The translations under genes and the position numbers were made by a program. Under the pieces are notes generated by a model. The model did not search any database. It had not been told where the DNA came from and saw only the letters and a program-made list of their open reading frames with translations. DNA of 64,000 nucleotides from Euprymna scolopes (taxonomy: Eukaryota), in NCBI GenBank assembly GCA_053919585.1, contig CM132792.1. One strand, given 5' to 3'. This document shows, piece by piece, positions 11,758 to 24,695 of this stretch. The first letter of the stretch is position 1; each line of letters opens with the position of its first letter.

Positions 11758-13089
11758 AAGAGAAAGAATTTTTAAAAAATAACACCGACGAGGACAAAGA
11801 ATAAGAAGAATGAACGGAAGTTACGAAGGAAGAACGAATTAAAAAAAAGAAAAGAAAGAAAACGAAAAAAATAAGAAAGGGGGAAAAGAAAAAGGAAAAG
11901 AAGAAGAACGGATGTGGTTTTTAGCTATTGTAAATCATGTGCTCGTTTTGTATCGCGCATCTTATCTCTGTGAAGCTGGACAGGGTGGGAAGAGAATTCT
12001 CGGACTTGCTAAATGGCAGCGGTCGGGTCAAGCGCTAACAAGACAAACAACTAAAATAAAACAAATAAAATAAGAATAAAATCAAAATCACGCAAATAAA
12101 AAGACAAGAAGCTTTAAAACATCGAAACGGGAGACGAAGGGCCGAGGGGGGGCGTAACAAGAGAAAGACACGGCGATACTGAGACAACTCATTTCTCAAG
12201 GGACGAGGAGCCTTTCGATGTTTCCTTTCCAACATGGCGGTTTAGCGAAGCAGAACAAAGTATCTTATTGAAGTTCATGCCATTCTTCGAGTTGTTGACT
12301 GCTTTACGAACCAACTGGCAGCAACATTTGCACAGAGGTTATCAGTGCTGGTCTTTTAATATTTCATTATCGCTTACATTAGGACGCAATTAAATGGCAT
12401 AATGTGCCTTCATGCTTCATGGACTAAATGCTGCTTAGCTCCATATTTCACTTCGTAAAATATCATTGACAATAATGGTTTCGCCATAAAATAAAAAAAA
12501 ATAAGTCAGTACCAGGTGCTCATCAATTCGCAATACAACTTTGCAAAGCATTTTGCCGTCTTAATTGTATAGATCTTCTATCTATATAACAATACACTAA
12601 AATAATTACATGGTCCTGCGTATGTTATAACCCTACGCCCATATTTTAAGCGGGATCGTCCGGTCATTAGGTATGATAAAGAGAATTTTAAAAACTTGTG
12701 CCGTTTTAGTTTTGACCGTGACACTCAAAGTATTCTGCGTAATAAGATCAAAGTGTAGTCCCTGTAAATATTTAGATTTCAATAATACATTAATCTTAAG
12801 TAGAAAAGGCCCTGGAGCGAATGTGGTATTGTGGTGACTGAGATATTTTTAGTCAAGAGTAGGATAGACAATTTAAGTATTTGTGAGCAAGAATTATAAA
12901 CGAGACCTATTATTCCCGCACTTTTGGTTTGTCTTGTGTCTAATTTGTTCATTATGTAATATTTTTATATTTTGTGCAAATAAACATTTCAAAGCGTAGT
13001 ATCTGTTTATCTAAAGATAGCGCAATAATATCGTGGAAATTACGCTCGTGCCTATCCTCCGTAAAACAATGAATTTTACTACAAATGAT

Positions 13090-13409
13090 AAATCTCTCTG
13101 ACGAACTGAAAACACTTGTGCCCCCACGACATAAACCCGACAGGCAGCTAAATCCCACCCCCACACAGTAGAGATCTATATATGTAAAAGAGCTTTCTAC
13201 TCCAGTAGTTTCTTCCCCAGAACCGCTAGACTTTGGAATTCCATTCCAGGTCCCTGCTTCCCCAACTGTACTAACATGCAGAAGTTCAAGTGTAACGTGA
13301 ACCGACATGTTGCTGCCCAACTCCATACATAGTACCTCAGTAGCTGTTGCCCCTGATAGTAGCCCCCTTTACACCAAAGTGGCAATGTGCCTTGTTGAAA
13401 AAAAAAAAA
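13090..13409 (+). mobile_element. CR1/L2-group LINE (family B) 3' fragment with poly(A)
   Basis: Homologous to 22625-22850 and to the reverse complement of 61663-62000; ends GCCTTGTTG(A)n. Confidence 0.85.
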
Positions 13410-13989
13410 GAAAACATTGATAAAAAAAACAACTTTTTACTTTAAATTTATCTATTAAATTTGATTTTCATTATGAATTTATTAACAACATTTTTTTTCT
13501 ACGGATTTTTTCAAGAAAACTTGAATTTACAAGTAACGGGAAATCATTTTTAGTGAGCATTTTTATTGCAAATATATCCACTACTACTACTACTAATACT
13601 ACTAATACTAATAATACTAATAATAATACTACTACTAATAATAATAATACTAATAATACTAATAATAATAATAATAATTTACTCGTTGTTGTTATATTAT
13701 GCGATTCAGTGCTCTTGGATCATTACGGTGCATTTTTTTCTCGAAAGAAATATAAAAACTACGAATTAAAGAATATTGCAGAAAGTTCTCCTGAACTTGA
13801 TATTTATGAGCTTTTTTCGGAAACATACTCATGAATATGTAGCGACATAGAAATGCTTATGTAAAACAAATAAAAGGTATATATTACCCTATTTGGCATT
13901 GAGCACTCGTTCATTAACCCCCCTCCCTAACCTTTATTGGTTACTTCGCCTCTGGAAAATATTAACCTACACGGCGCAATAGTTCAACT

Positions 13990-14450
13990 GGACACAGTAC
14001 AGCAGTTGGTCTAACAAGGACGCCATAAGGCACAGAGGCTACGCCTGTCAGCTTTAGCGCTGTGTTACTCAAGTGCAGATTACTGTGTACCAGTAATGGA
14101 CTCGTTCTGCTCATGCTGCAAATATTGACGATTACCGACAATATGAAATCGACGAACATGCTATTTTTCTGCAGGTTGTCTGGAATCGCTCCGACACAGA
14201 TTCCTTGAAAGGCGATAGCGAAAGTAGAGCGTGACAAACAGAACGACAATCACCATCCCCTATTTGCACATCAAGAGGTACTTCAGCGACTACCACCCTG
14301 CAAGAGCATTGCCACCGTCATAAGCCTCGGACGAGCAACACCAACTTTCTTTCTGCCTGCGTCAGTGGAATGTCAATCAAAGACGACAACAATAAGGCGC
14401 TTACAACACTGAAAAAAGCATTCCTCAACGTAATGACAGGCGCTACCAGA
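13990..14450 (+). mobile_element. Vingi/Ingi-like LINE remnant
   Basis: Decayed translation ALALCYSSADYCVPV.TRSAHA and LSGIAP resembles the post-RT motifs of Vingi elements. Confidence 0.55.
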
Positions 14451-14544
14451 TGAGACTGTCTTAGAATTGCGAATTTCTAACCTAAAATGCATTAAAAAAA
14501 TCTCTAAATCATCATCGTTAGAATGAGATGTCGGACATTCATCT

Positions 14545-15454
14545 TACTTCCTAACTTCCGGTGTGTCTGCTACCGGAAGCGATGACAAGGCAAATAAGTT
14601 CCTTTACTTTTATTGTTCTTCAGTATTTCTATTGTGAAACAGTCTGTTGAAATAAAATATAAGGAAAAGACATTATTGAAAAATACAGTAAAAACACAAT
14701 AAAACGATTACACAGATAAAAATAATACAATTACTCGTTTATTAACAAAATTTTAAACTTAAGCTTTTATTTTATTTGAAATTTTATTAAAAAAATATAT
14801 GTATGGATATATCTATAATGCACTACATAACTGTGCTGTATTAAACCACATATATAACTGTATTGATCAAAATAACTCTACTATTCACATAAATCGTGTG
14901 GAAGATAGCTGTAGTCTATGCTAAATTAAATGTAAGGGACTAACGATGAAAACTTCGGCAGCCATCTGCAAGCATTCTTCTGGCAGAGGGGAATCAAAAT
15001 CAACTATTTTAGGAATATTATGTATTTTAATACGTTTTTTTTTATGATGTTTGAATTTTTTACATTTTTATTTCAATAATTTCATCTGTTATTTTGATTA
15101 CGATAATTTTATTTTTCATACTTTCATAAATATATTTATTATATTAATTAAAACATTTATTTTTATGATTCCATAAACCTATATTTCTTATAAAATTTCA
15201 AATAAATAAAAACATAATTTTTAGCTTTTTTTATAAGTGCAAATAAAGACCAACTGTGTTATTTTTATCGGTGTAGTTTAGTTAATTTTTATTGTATATT
15301 TTTCAATAATGTCCTTTTCTTTATTTTATTTCAATATTTTTTTTTCAATAAATCACTTCACAATAGAAATACTAAAGAACGATGAAAATGAAAAAAAAAA
15401 CTGATTTGCCTTTTCATCGCTTCCGGTAGCAGACACACCAGAAGTTAGGAAGTA
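14545..15454. mobile_element. Non-autonomous TIR/foldback element
   Basis: TACTTCCTAACTTCCGGTGTGTCTGCTACCGGAAGC... (14545-14692) is inverted relative to 15287-15454. Confidence 0.75.
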
Positions 15455-15825
15455 CATTAGTTGACTATCACCATTAGGTGTTAAATAAAGCAAGGAGGTT
15501 CATTCGTTCAATTTGTAATCATATAGAATACCAGTTAAAAACAACGACCGTTTCTATCACTTAGTAATCATTGTTAGAATGAAATGTCGAACATTCAAAC
15601 ACTCTTAGATGACTTTAGATAAGAATGGCTGTTCAAGAATGCGTAATGCATCCCGAGCAGTTAATCCTATATACATTAAGTGATACATTTTAATTACCTG
15701 ATATCACTTTCGAAATCGTGTCTACAATAAAATACATTTATTTACTTAGATAAGTTACTTTCAAAGTCAAGCAAAAATCTTGCGTTTGAAACCATTGGTT
15801 ACTGCCTGGTTTGATCCTTCTCGTC

Positions 15826-16083
15826 TTGTAATGTTCTCTGGAAAGCAACGCACGTTGTATTCAGTTTCAGTCGCAAAGGAGATTAAGACAAAAAAATAGG
15901 AAATAACTCCAACTCGCTTTTTGTTTTGTACAACGACATTTATTTTCTCGTCGTTACGGCCGTGACGTCACCCACGAGATCTCGAACGTTATCTCGTCTC
16001 TCACGAGATGTTTGTGTTTTTCTTTTCATAGTCCTTTTCCCTGCACCGATGACGCCACTTCTCACACGTTTACACGTTATAGT
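15826..16083 (-). mobile_element. Probable solo LTR related to 3471-3744
   Basis: Inverted homology over the AATAAATGTCGTTG...GTTATTTC block. Confidence 0.4.
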
Positions 16084-16740
16084 AGTGCATAATTAGGCAT
16101 AACATATTTAAATAGGAAGTGATAGAAACGGTCGATATTCTTAACTGATATTCTAAATGATTACAAATTGAACGAAGGAACCTCCTTGCTGGATTCTTGT
16201 GACGCAAGAAATTATTTTGTCGGATTAGAGTATTACATGCTTGAGTGGCGATGCGAAATATGACTTGGATGAAAAATAGAAAACCAGCGTTTATAGCGAA
16301 TTACAAACGTCTTATCTTATCTAAATGTTGAGCGCAGTCAAGTAGGAATCGCGATTCGTCTTACACACACAGCATCAGTGATGTAGATGCGGAATTTCGA
16401 TTGATGAATTTGGCCTGCATCCAATCACCTCTTTTAATTCCGGTTGATTTTTAAAAGAAATATGCTGAAATTACGTACACCACCAGAAAAATCTATGAAT
16501 ACATCTGGGTTCCCTTCCAAAATGGATGCGGTAATCATCGACTGTGGTTATGGAATTACAAGTTTTCTTTTGAAACGAACAAAAATAGTTGAGACAATTT
16601 TGTAACAGTAATTGAGCTATTAATCAAACTTTTATGTGAAAATTTTATGTGAATTTAGAAAAATATCCGAGAGTCTGAAGCCTCTATTATGTATTTCATG
16701 TTTTTACGCAAACGCAATTCCATGCATGGAATTGATGTTA

Positions 16741-16779
<39 letters not shown>

Positions 16780-16781
<2 letters not shown>

Positions 16782-17293
16782 GAACAAATGATTAATAAAA
16801 CATGTTAAAAGACATCTTGAAAAAGAGTTAAAAACATATTTAATTTTAAAAAAGGAAGCACAAGATAAGTGGATAGTCCTTAATCCGCGGAGTTTCGAAG
16901 AAATACTCTCCTTCTCCTCAGAGGGCAGGAATTAGCAAAATGCGGGATCGGATTTGGCATATAAAAGTATTTAATGAAACTACAAGTAAGTCACAGATCT
17001 TACTTGGTTAAAAAGAAGGGTGAGGTAAGGGGAATAGGAGGTAAAAGAAAAATGATAAAAAGATTTCACATGAATGGATAGTCCAGTGAAGGGTAAAAAA
17101 TCCAAGAATGGTAAAATCCAAAACGGTCGAATTAAAAATTTCCAATCCAATGGGTGAATTCCAAATGGTCCAAAATGATCCAAAAGGCAGAGTTCCTTGG
17201 AAAAAAATCGCAGATGGAATAAATTCCAAATCATTAAAAGAAAAAGCACTGGAGAGAATATTTAAAACACGTCTGTCAAGGCTGGAGGAATCA
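16780..17293 (-). mobile_element. Probable PLE 3' end with minimal hammerhead (16878-16924)
   Basis: Minus strand CCT-CTGAGGA-GAAGG..TCTTC-GAAA-CTCCGCGGAT-TA-AGG with near-palindromic stem III; the tail is repeated at 18420-18492. Confidence 0.65.
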
Positions 17294-17432
17294 NNNNNNN
17301 NNNNNNNNNNNNNNNNNNNNNNNNNNNNNNNNNNNNNNNNNNNNNNNNNNNNNNNNNNNNNNNNNNNNNNNNNNNNNNNNNNNNNNNNNNNNNNNNNNNN
17401 NNNNNNNNNNNNNNNNNNNNNNNNNNNNNNNN

Positions 17433-17620
17433 ATATAATTATTTCCACAGCCAGACAACGTCGTAGCTCACAACAGCCAAGAAAGCCAACAAACCGGAAG
17501 CCCAAGATTCGAGTTTCGCCCTCATTTGGGCTCATGAGTTAAACACATTCGAACACGGGATTTGAAGCCCGAGCCTCATGTATGCTAGGCGAGCACTCAA
17601 TCAAAAGAACAAACACGCCA
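17433..17620 (-). mobile_element. tRNA-Ala(AGC)-like head fused to a degenerate hammerhead (17501-17543)
   Basis: Minus strand GAGTGCTCGCCTAGCATACATGAGGCTCGGGCTTCAAATCCCG, then CTCATGA-GCCC(AAATGA)GGGC-GAAA-CTCGAATC-TTGGG. Confidence 0.6.
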
Positions 17621-18360
17621 CACACACAAGAATGCCTATTAACTTACACATATGAAGCAACCCGCGACATATATCCCACAGTGGAATGAACCTACATCAT
17701 ACCGAACAAGAGACGTTTGCATATTCTTTAAACATTCACTTTAATTAATTCCCTATTAGTTTTTTTTTCGGTTTTCTTATGGGATGATCATCTTTAGTAA
17801 TTATATTCATGCAGATATTCTATATGATTTATACTTGCGTATTATTTGCGTAAAACCGTTATAGTAAACACTAAACTCTTTCTATATATATTTATATGCG
17901 TATTTATATTTGTTTAAAATATTTTGTCCTGCCAAAATCCTCTTCCACTTTTTGGTCTACATGCATGAAACTTAATATATAGGATATTCGAACCCATACG
18001 AAACTTTATACCTAGGTTTTAGTCAGGAGAAAATCGGTGCAAAAGTGTGAAAATTTAAAAAAAAATGAATTTGTCATGTGAAGGTCGAACGACGGCATTA
18101 CGAATATGCATGCGTAACGTAATAGCACATGCTTTAATTTTTAGCCCTGCAGCAAACATATTTTCATAGCTCAGCATTAATGTAAAAAAAAAAAAAAAAG
18201 GAAATTGTAAGCTAAATGTTTTGGTTTCGATTTTCGGTGGTGGCGCACGAGTATATTTTTTTTTAAATCAATACTATATATTGGTTCCAATATATTATAG
18301 TAATAAATGCAAAATTTGCATTTATCAAAATATCATATTTAAGCGTATTTTATGACCGGG

Positions 18361-18421
<61 letters not shown>

Positions 18422-18914
18422 AGCAAATAGTTAATAAAACATGTTAAAAACACTTTGAAAAAGAGTTAAAACATATTTAATCTTAAAAGGAANNNNNNNN
18501 NNNNNNNNNNNNNNNNNNNNNNNNNNNNNNNNNNNNNNNNNNNNNNNNNNNNNNNNNNNNNNNNNNNNNNNNNNNNNNNNNNNNNNNNNNNNNNNNNNNN
18601 NNNNNNNNNNNNNNNNNNNNNNNNNNNATTATAAGATTTGTCAATGTTACCGTTTGTTTCTTGCAGCATTTCAAAATGTAAGATTTTTGACAGCATCTGT
18701 TTCGTAGCGTAGAACCATTCATATAATTATTATGATAATGTTTTATTTTTTCTGCTCTGATTTATTAGAAGAATGAGAACTCATTAATTTTAAAGAAAAA
18801 TAAAATGGAATATTCCCATGATTACATGAATGCGGAAAATGTCGGAAGAATGATGGCAATTATTGTGTTTTGTTATATTTACGACGTCTTTGATTTTAAT
18901 GTACAGTCATTAAC

Positions 18915-18964
<50 letters not shown>

Positions 18965-19013
18965 TATATACTTTTTATTTGTTTTACATAAGCATAAATA
19001 TGTAGCTATACAT

Positions 19014-19068
19014 TCATGAGCATGTTTCGGTCAGAGAGTTACCAGTAACTAAAAACCTCCTCAAGTGA
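19014..19068 (-). ncRNA. Degenerate hammerhead-like relic
   Basis: Minus strand TCAC-TTGAGGA-GGT..AGTTAC/GTAACT..ACC-GAAA-CATGCTC-ATGA; several mismatches. Confidence 0.4.
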
Positions 19069-19438
19069 TACAGCTTATATGAAAGCGTCATAAGAAATTA
19101 TAATCAAGGGGTTCTATCACCTGTTTTTAAAAATACAAGTAGATAATAAAATAAAATTATAAATAAAAATTTAAAAAGTGCAATGTTTTTTTTTAATATA
19201 TTAATAATGATAATGGTGTGAATTAAGGTTTGTATTGAAATATAGAAATAAAGGCAAAGACGAGGCAGTTAAGAAACTAAAAATAAAAATTAGATAATAA
19301 AAAAAATATATAAACCTATCAAAGAGGATATATGTATGTGTGTGACAGCCGCTAACAACGGTATAACCATTCATATATTAACCTCGTTTAAACTTCATTA
19401 GTTTCTTTGCCTTTGGGAAATATAACCCTTGGATTATA

Positions 19439-19501
<63 letters not shown>

Positions 19502-19550
19502 CGCCATACCAACGTATTAATATAATGTGGACATACTTTTATAATTAATA

Positions 19551-19633
<83 letters not shown>

Positions 19634-19636
<3 letters not shown>

Positions 19637-19839
19637 GGTGTCCCAAAAGTCGCACAGCATCTAGGTTTTTATAAAAATAAATATAATATCTATTTTCTTG
19701 TTCATTAGCTCAACAGATGGGCAATTCTAGTACACATTTGAGATGTTCCCGAAGACAAAAATGCCAAGAGGGACAGATCTGGTGAGCGGAGTAGCCACTC
19801 CATGAAGATCAGTATATGGTGTGCAACTTCTGAGACACC

Positions 19840-19842
<3 letters not shown>
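19634..19842 (-). mobile_element. Internally deleted Tc1/mariner derivative (MITE)
   Basis: TA|CAGGGTGTC...GACACCCTG|TA TIRs; internal remnant WLLRSPDLS. Confidence 0.8.
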
Positions 19843-19902
<60 letters not shown>

Positions 19903-19914
19903 CACGTGGTATTA

Positions 19915-20313
19915 ATTGATTGAGATTGTCGGACTGACTTCCTCACCTTGGTTGTTATTGTCACAACGTTTCGTCAGGTGTTTTGTATCGAACTGGGGAA
20001 CAGTTTGTTAGAAGTCTCGAACCCAACCCTTTATTGTTATTACGGGGGTACCGTGTTCGGACTCCAGCTAGGCTTTGGGGCATAGTTGCTGATTCTCTGT
20101 TTTGAATGTTACTTTTTTACTGCCTTCGTTCAATAATAATAAAGGGTTGGGTTTGAGACTCCTAACAAACGGTTCCCCAGTTCGATACAAAACACCTGAC
20201 GAAGGCCGGAGGGCGAAACGGCCGAAACGTTGTGACAATAACAACCAAGATGAGGAAGTTAGTCCGACAATCTCAATCAATGAAAACACCTCATATCAAA
20301 AATACAGACAATA
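19915..20313 (+). mobile_element. Non-autonomous PLE-type insertion: inverted partial repeat plus hammerhead (20193-20234), 11-bp TSD
   Basis: TSD ACGTGGTATTA at 19904-19914 and 20314-20324; 19915-20042 is inverted versus 20133-20281; CAC-CTGACGA-A-GGCCG/CGGCC-GAAA-CGTT-GTG. Confidence 0.8.
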
Positions 20314-20479
20314 ACGTGGTATTAGTTAACCAATCATATTCCTTGGTATTTCTGATATCGTTTTTGAAAGCAAATAGCCAAGCTTTTATTAGACACATGT
20401 TCAATTGACTTGTAATTCACCTCTCTCTATTTATTTATTTTTGGAGAGAAGCGAACAATCTTTCTTTGAGTATTTCTTT

Positions 20480-21560
20480 ATAAAAGACTTTTGAGTGTCG
20501 CGCAGTGATCCGGGTTTTGTATTTGAAAAGATGCAGAACACGTGAGACGTTTAATGAAATAGAAAGAAATATATATTGATGATGTCCCATCATATGATCT
20601 TGTAAAACGATGGTATCACGAATTCAAGCCGACAACCTATTGAAACAGCTCCTAATCATTCCGTTCACCTTCTACCATTGATGAGGCATCAATTTGAAAA
20701 ACCGACTATTCGCCAAATAACTCAAGAGGCCATGTTTAGTACAGGGTCTTTGGAAACTATCATTCATAACTGGTTGACTATGCATGTGTCTCTCAGCTGG
20801 ATTCCCAGGTTGCTGACATCTTTCAAGAAGCAGGAACGCATCATGTTCTTGAAAATAAATTTGGAGGTGTATCAAGAAGATGAGTTGACGTTTTTCAAAA
20901 GACCGATTGCACAGGATGAAACCTAGATGTATGTCTATGATCCAGAGACCAAAGCTCAGTCAATGCAGTGGAAGCACTATGACCCACCAACTCCAAACAA
21001 GATGCTTACAGTCTTCTTCGATCAGGGCGAGGTAGTGATGATAGATTTCGTCACAAAGGGTACCACAATTGCAGGAGCCTATTATGTTTCACTTTTGAGG
21101 AAATTAAGAGAAGCTATCAGAATCAAACGGCGCGGAAAGATCAACAGACGCACCTCATCCTGCATCACAACACACCAGTCAACAACGCGCGTGTCGCGAG
21201 ATCAGAAGCACGACGGGCGTGTGGCGATGAAATTCTCCCACCCACACCCTATTTTACTGACTTTGAATCTTCTGACTTTCACGTCTTTCCAGCCGTAGTA
21301 TTGTTTTTGAAAAGAAAGGCGTTTTCTATATTCTGCTACCTTAATTTCCGAAATCACATCGTGGTTGTAGAACCAATCTGAAGTGTTCTGCGATAATGAT
21401 ATCTAGAGCTGCATTAAACGATGGTAAAAATACATAATTCTGAGTTGTTTTTATGCAAAAAAAAAGACTAATGACTTTGTCAAATTTCTTTGCTGGGTTC
21501 TACTGGTAAATTCCATTTCATTGCAAGAATGAGAGAAATCTGCACATACTCATTATTTTA
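20480..21560 (+). mobile_element. Decayed mariner (DD34D-type) transposon
   Basis: WIPRLLT, AQDET*MYVYDPETKAQSMQWKH and a PHPPY..D...SDFH remnant. Confidence 0.85.
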
Positions 21561-21700
21561 TTCCGACAATTGCACACATTTTTTCTCATGTTACGCCTCA
21601 TTTCGTGGCCAATAACGAAAAATATTTTTTGTTTTTTTAATCTTTACTTTAAGAGATGTTCAAAAATTAAAAAAAAAACTAGATAATGTAGAGGAGGGTA

Positions 21701-21809
21701 AAGTAAACACTTCATCAAATCTCCACACTAACGTAATCTACTTGCAATAACCCTTATCCCTGAGTGGCTTCCGGGCCTTGATAAGTGGTGATCACTATGT
21801 AAAAAAAAA
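21701..21809 (+). mobile_element. LINE family A 3' UTR tail
   Basis: Near-identical to 32949-33055; poly(A). Confidence 0.9.
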
Positions 21810-22850
21810 GCGGTAGCCCTAGATATATCTAAAGCTTTTGACAGGGTATCTCAGGAAACTCAGATCATATGGCATCACTGGGCGGATACATAAGATAATT
21901 AAATCCTTCTTAAGTAAGAGAAGAACCCAGGTTGTTCTCGGCGGTCGTACATCTAAATAATATTATATCAATCCGGGTACACCCAAGGGGTCTATCCTTA
22001 CATCTTTATTAATCCTAATATTCATAAATGACCTCCCTGATAAAATTGTCTCTGAGATGACACCACGCTCTATAATAGGCACGAGGGGAAAACAAATGGA
22101 TAAATATCTAAGGAAATGGCAGAAACACTAGGGGAAGACCTCCAATCTGTAGTGAAACGGGGAGAAAAATGGATGGTCACATTCAATGTTGCCAATCCTA
22201 AGCTTGTTTCCTTCAATAATTGCAAGAAGCTTTCTCTATCATCAATAGCAATGACCAAAAAACACACTACCTGAAAGTACTTCTCTTAAACTCCTCAGCC
22301 TAACGTTCACATAACATAAGTTGGAACAAATACATTGAGAGCATTGCCAAGGCTGCTGCGAAGAAGGTGGGCTCTCTCTACCGTGCTAGAAAGCTACTTA
22401 CATTTGAAAGTGTCTTGTACCTTTATAAGGCTACAATTCGTCCATGTATGGAGTATTGTCGTCACATATTGGCTGGTGCAGCTCCTACTAGTCTCTCCCT
22501 CCTGGACAGGGTTAAAAAAGAGTCGCCAACCTGATAGGTCATGAACTGTCATCTAAGCTTCAACCTCTGTCCCATCGACGAAATGTTGCATCCCTTTGCC
22601 TGTTCTACAAGTATTCTACTGGTAAATGCTCTGACGAACTACGAGCACTTGTACCCCCTCGACGTAAATACCCCTGACAAACCCGACAGGCTGCTAAATT
22701 CCACCCCTACACAGTAGAGATTCCTAGGTGTAAGAAAGCCTTCGACCCCAATAGTTTCTTCCCCAGAACTGCTAGCCTTTGGAATTCCGGGATTCTGCTT
22801 TCATCAAAGTGGCACTGTGCCTTTTTTGGGGTGAAAATTGAAAAAAAAAA
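21810..22850 (+). mobile_element. CR1/L2-group LINE (family B), decayed RT C-terminus plus 3' end
   Basis: LDISKAFDRV, GTPKGS, INDLPDKI and IRPCMEYC remnants; homologous to 61663-62810. Confidence 0.9.
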
Positions 22851-23422
22851 CACGTTGTTCAAACCAAGCAAAATAGAAAAAGTACTTTGCCATTCTGTTG
22901 GATTTTTTAACACTTTTTAAAATCTTTGTTACGTTTCTGAATAAACATGGGACATGTTTGCAAAAATTGCAAAATTCAATCAATCTTCATTTATGAAAAA
23001 TAATGTCTTTAAGTGTTGCACATTGTCAGTTTCGTATATTTGTGTTCTTCCTTAAACATTATTCATAACAGATTGCAGAATCACTTGATTGCAATTTAAC
23101 TCCCTTATTTCGTTTCTGATGTTTTCCTCCAATTCTTACAAGGTTTGGGTTGTTTTTACTCTTGGTCTCTTACTTTAAGATGTTCCCACAAGAAAAACTC
23201 AGGGCTAGCCAAGTCTGGGAAACGTGGTGACCATTTCACATTGACATAGAGAGAGATAATATTGTCGCCAAAGCATTGCCTGATTTCGATAAAAAAAAAT
23301 GCCACAACTGCGTATATTGCCTAATGCATTACTTATCCATAATTGATTTCCATAATATTATCTGTAAAATATCCGAAATAGAAAAAAAATCATTATTTAA
23401 AAATGACAAAGTCCTGTATATA

Positions 23423-23832
23423 TCTATTATATATATAAAAGTGAACGTGTCTGTGTCCGTGTACATTTTCCTACGCAATAACAATTGTCAGTCTACAGAT
23501 TCGAAATTTGATATACAGGGTACTGAGATTTAGGAAAAATCTTTGTAATCCGTTTTCGGCCAAACATTTCATTGTTAAGGAGTCAAAGTTCAACGAATTG
23601 ACCTTTGAGAGCTCTGCCAAATTCCTCCGACAATTTTGGGTCTAAACACTTGAAATTTTAGATATAGGTTCCTTGGACATGGATCTAACTTAATAACCTT
23701 ATTCGAGCCCAAAACAATAAATGTTAAGAGGTCATAATAGGGGTCAAATTTTTAAAAACTTGACCGGTTTGTTTTTTTTTTTTGCTCAACATATACTTCA
23801 AAACATCCGGGCAACGCCGGGCTGAAATTCTA

Positions 23833-23833
<1 letters not shown>
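23423..23833 (+). mobile_element. Short non-autonomous Helitron
   Basis: A|TCTATTATATATAT 5' end; 3' hairpin CCGGGCAACGCCGG plus CTAG|T. Confidence 0.8.
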
Positions 23834-23905
<72 letters not shown>

Positions 23906-24099
23906 TGTGGGGACGATTATCGGAATCGGAATCGGGGATCGAGAAAATTGGAACTTTTGAAACTACCGGAATCGTTATCAGAATCGGAAAAAAAAAATGT
24001 GCCTACTTTCCGATGCCAACAGCGATTCTTGTAATTGTTTATTATTTGGTTTATTTTTGTTTTAAACTTCATTTTCCATTATTTCTACTAAAGATAAAA

Positions 24100-24695
24100 T
24101 GGTAAATGTTTTTGTACAGATACTAGTGTTTCGTGATTATGCAATCATCAGTGTAGGAAGTGATGATTATTTCGGGTCTATTTTCAAAGTCACCTTAGGT
24201 TCCCCCATTTTAGTACTCAACGCTTCGCTCAACCAGAATTATCACGTAAAAAGGAAGGGAATTATGTTCTATTTATAATGTCGAGAAAAGCGTCAAATAC
24301 AGAATACGAGTCTATAGTTTTCAGCTACAGACAGAGGAATATTACATTACGCTAAGGTAGACATCTTCTTAATACGCTCTTAAAGAGGCTCAATTCTAGT
24401 TGAAAGGGCTTTATAAGTATTTTATAAAATAATATTAATTATTTTACCAACAGCAGCTAGTGTCCTATGATTATGTAATTATCAGTGTAGGAAGTGATAA
24501 TTACTGCCGGTCGACGGATTCGTATCCAGTCACAAAGTAACCTTTGAGTCTCCCGTTCGGTATTAAACTTATTGGCCAACAAGAATTACCTGTGAAAGGA
24601 AAAAGAATTAAGTTTTCTATTTAATATTGAGACCAATGAACGAATACAGAAAGCTAGGAAAATTCAAGAAGTGTTTAACTGCAGACGATAAATAG
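24100..24695 (-). mobile_element. Old tRNA-headed hammerhead tandem element, ~1.75 units, 334-bp period
   Basis: Core ATCAG ends at 24151 and 24485. Minus strand TACA-CTGATGA..GAAA-CACTAGTA-TC-TGTA. Head end CGAATCCGTCGACCGGCAGTAATTATCAC is homologous to 33826-33855. Confidence 0.7.

Noticed and set aside
11913-12255. Possible LTR ending AACA followed by a TGGCGG primer-binding site
   Set aside because: No second LTR, no convincing tRNA match and no gag remnant.
13553-13834. Short ORFs with poly-YI, poly-N/I, poly-HT or X runs throughout the window
   Set aside because: Translations of microsatellites, N-gaps or antisense transposon frames, not genes.
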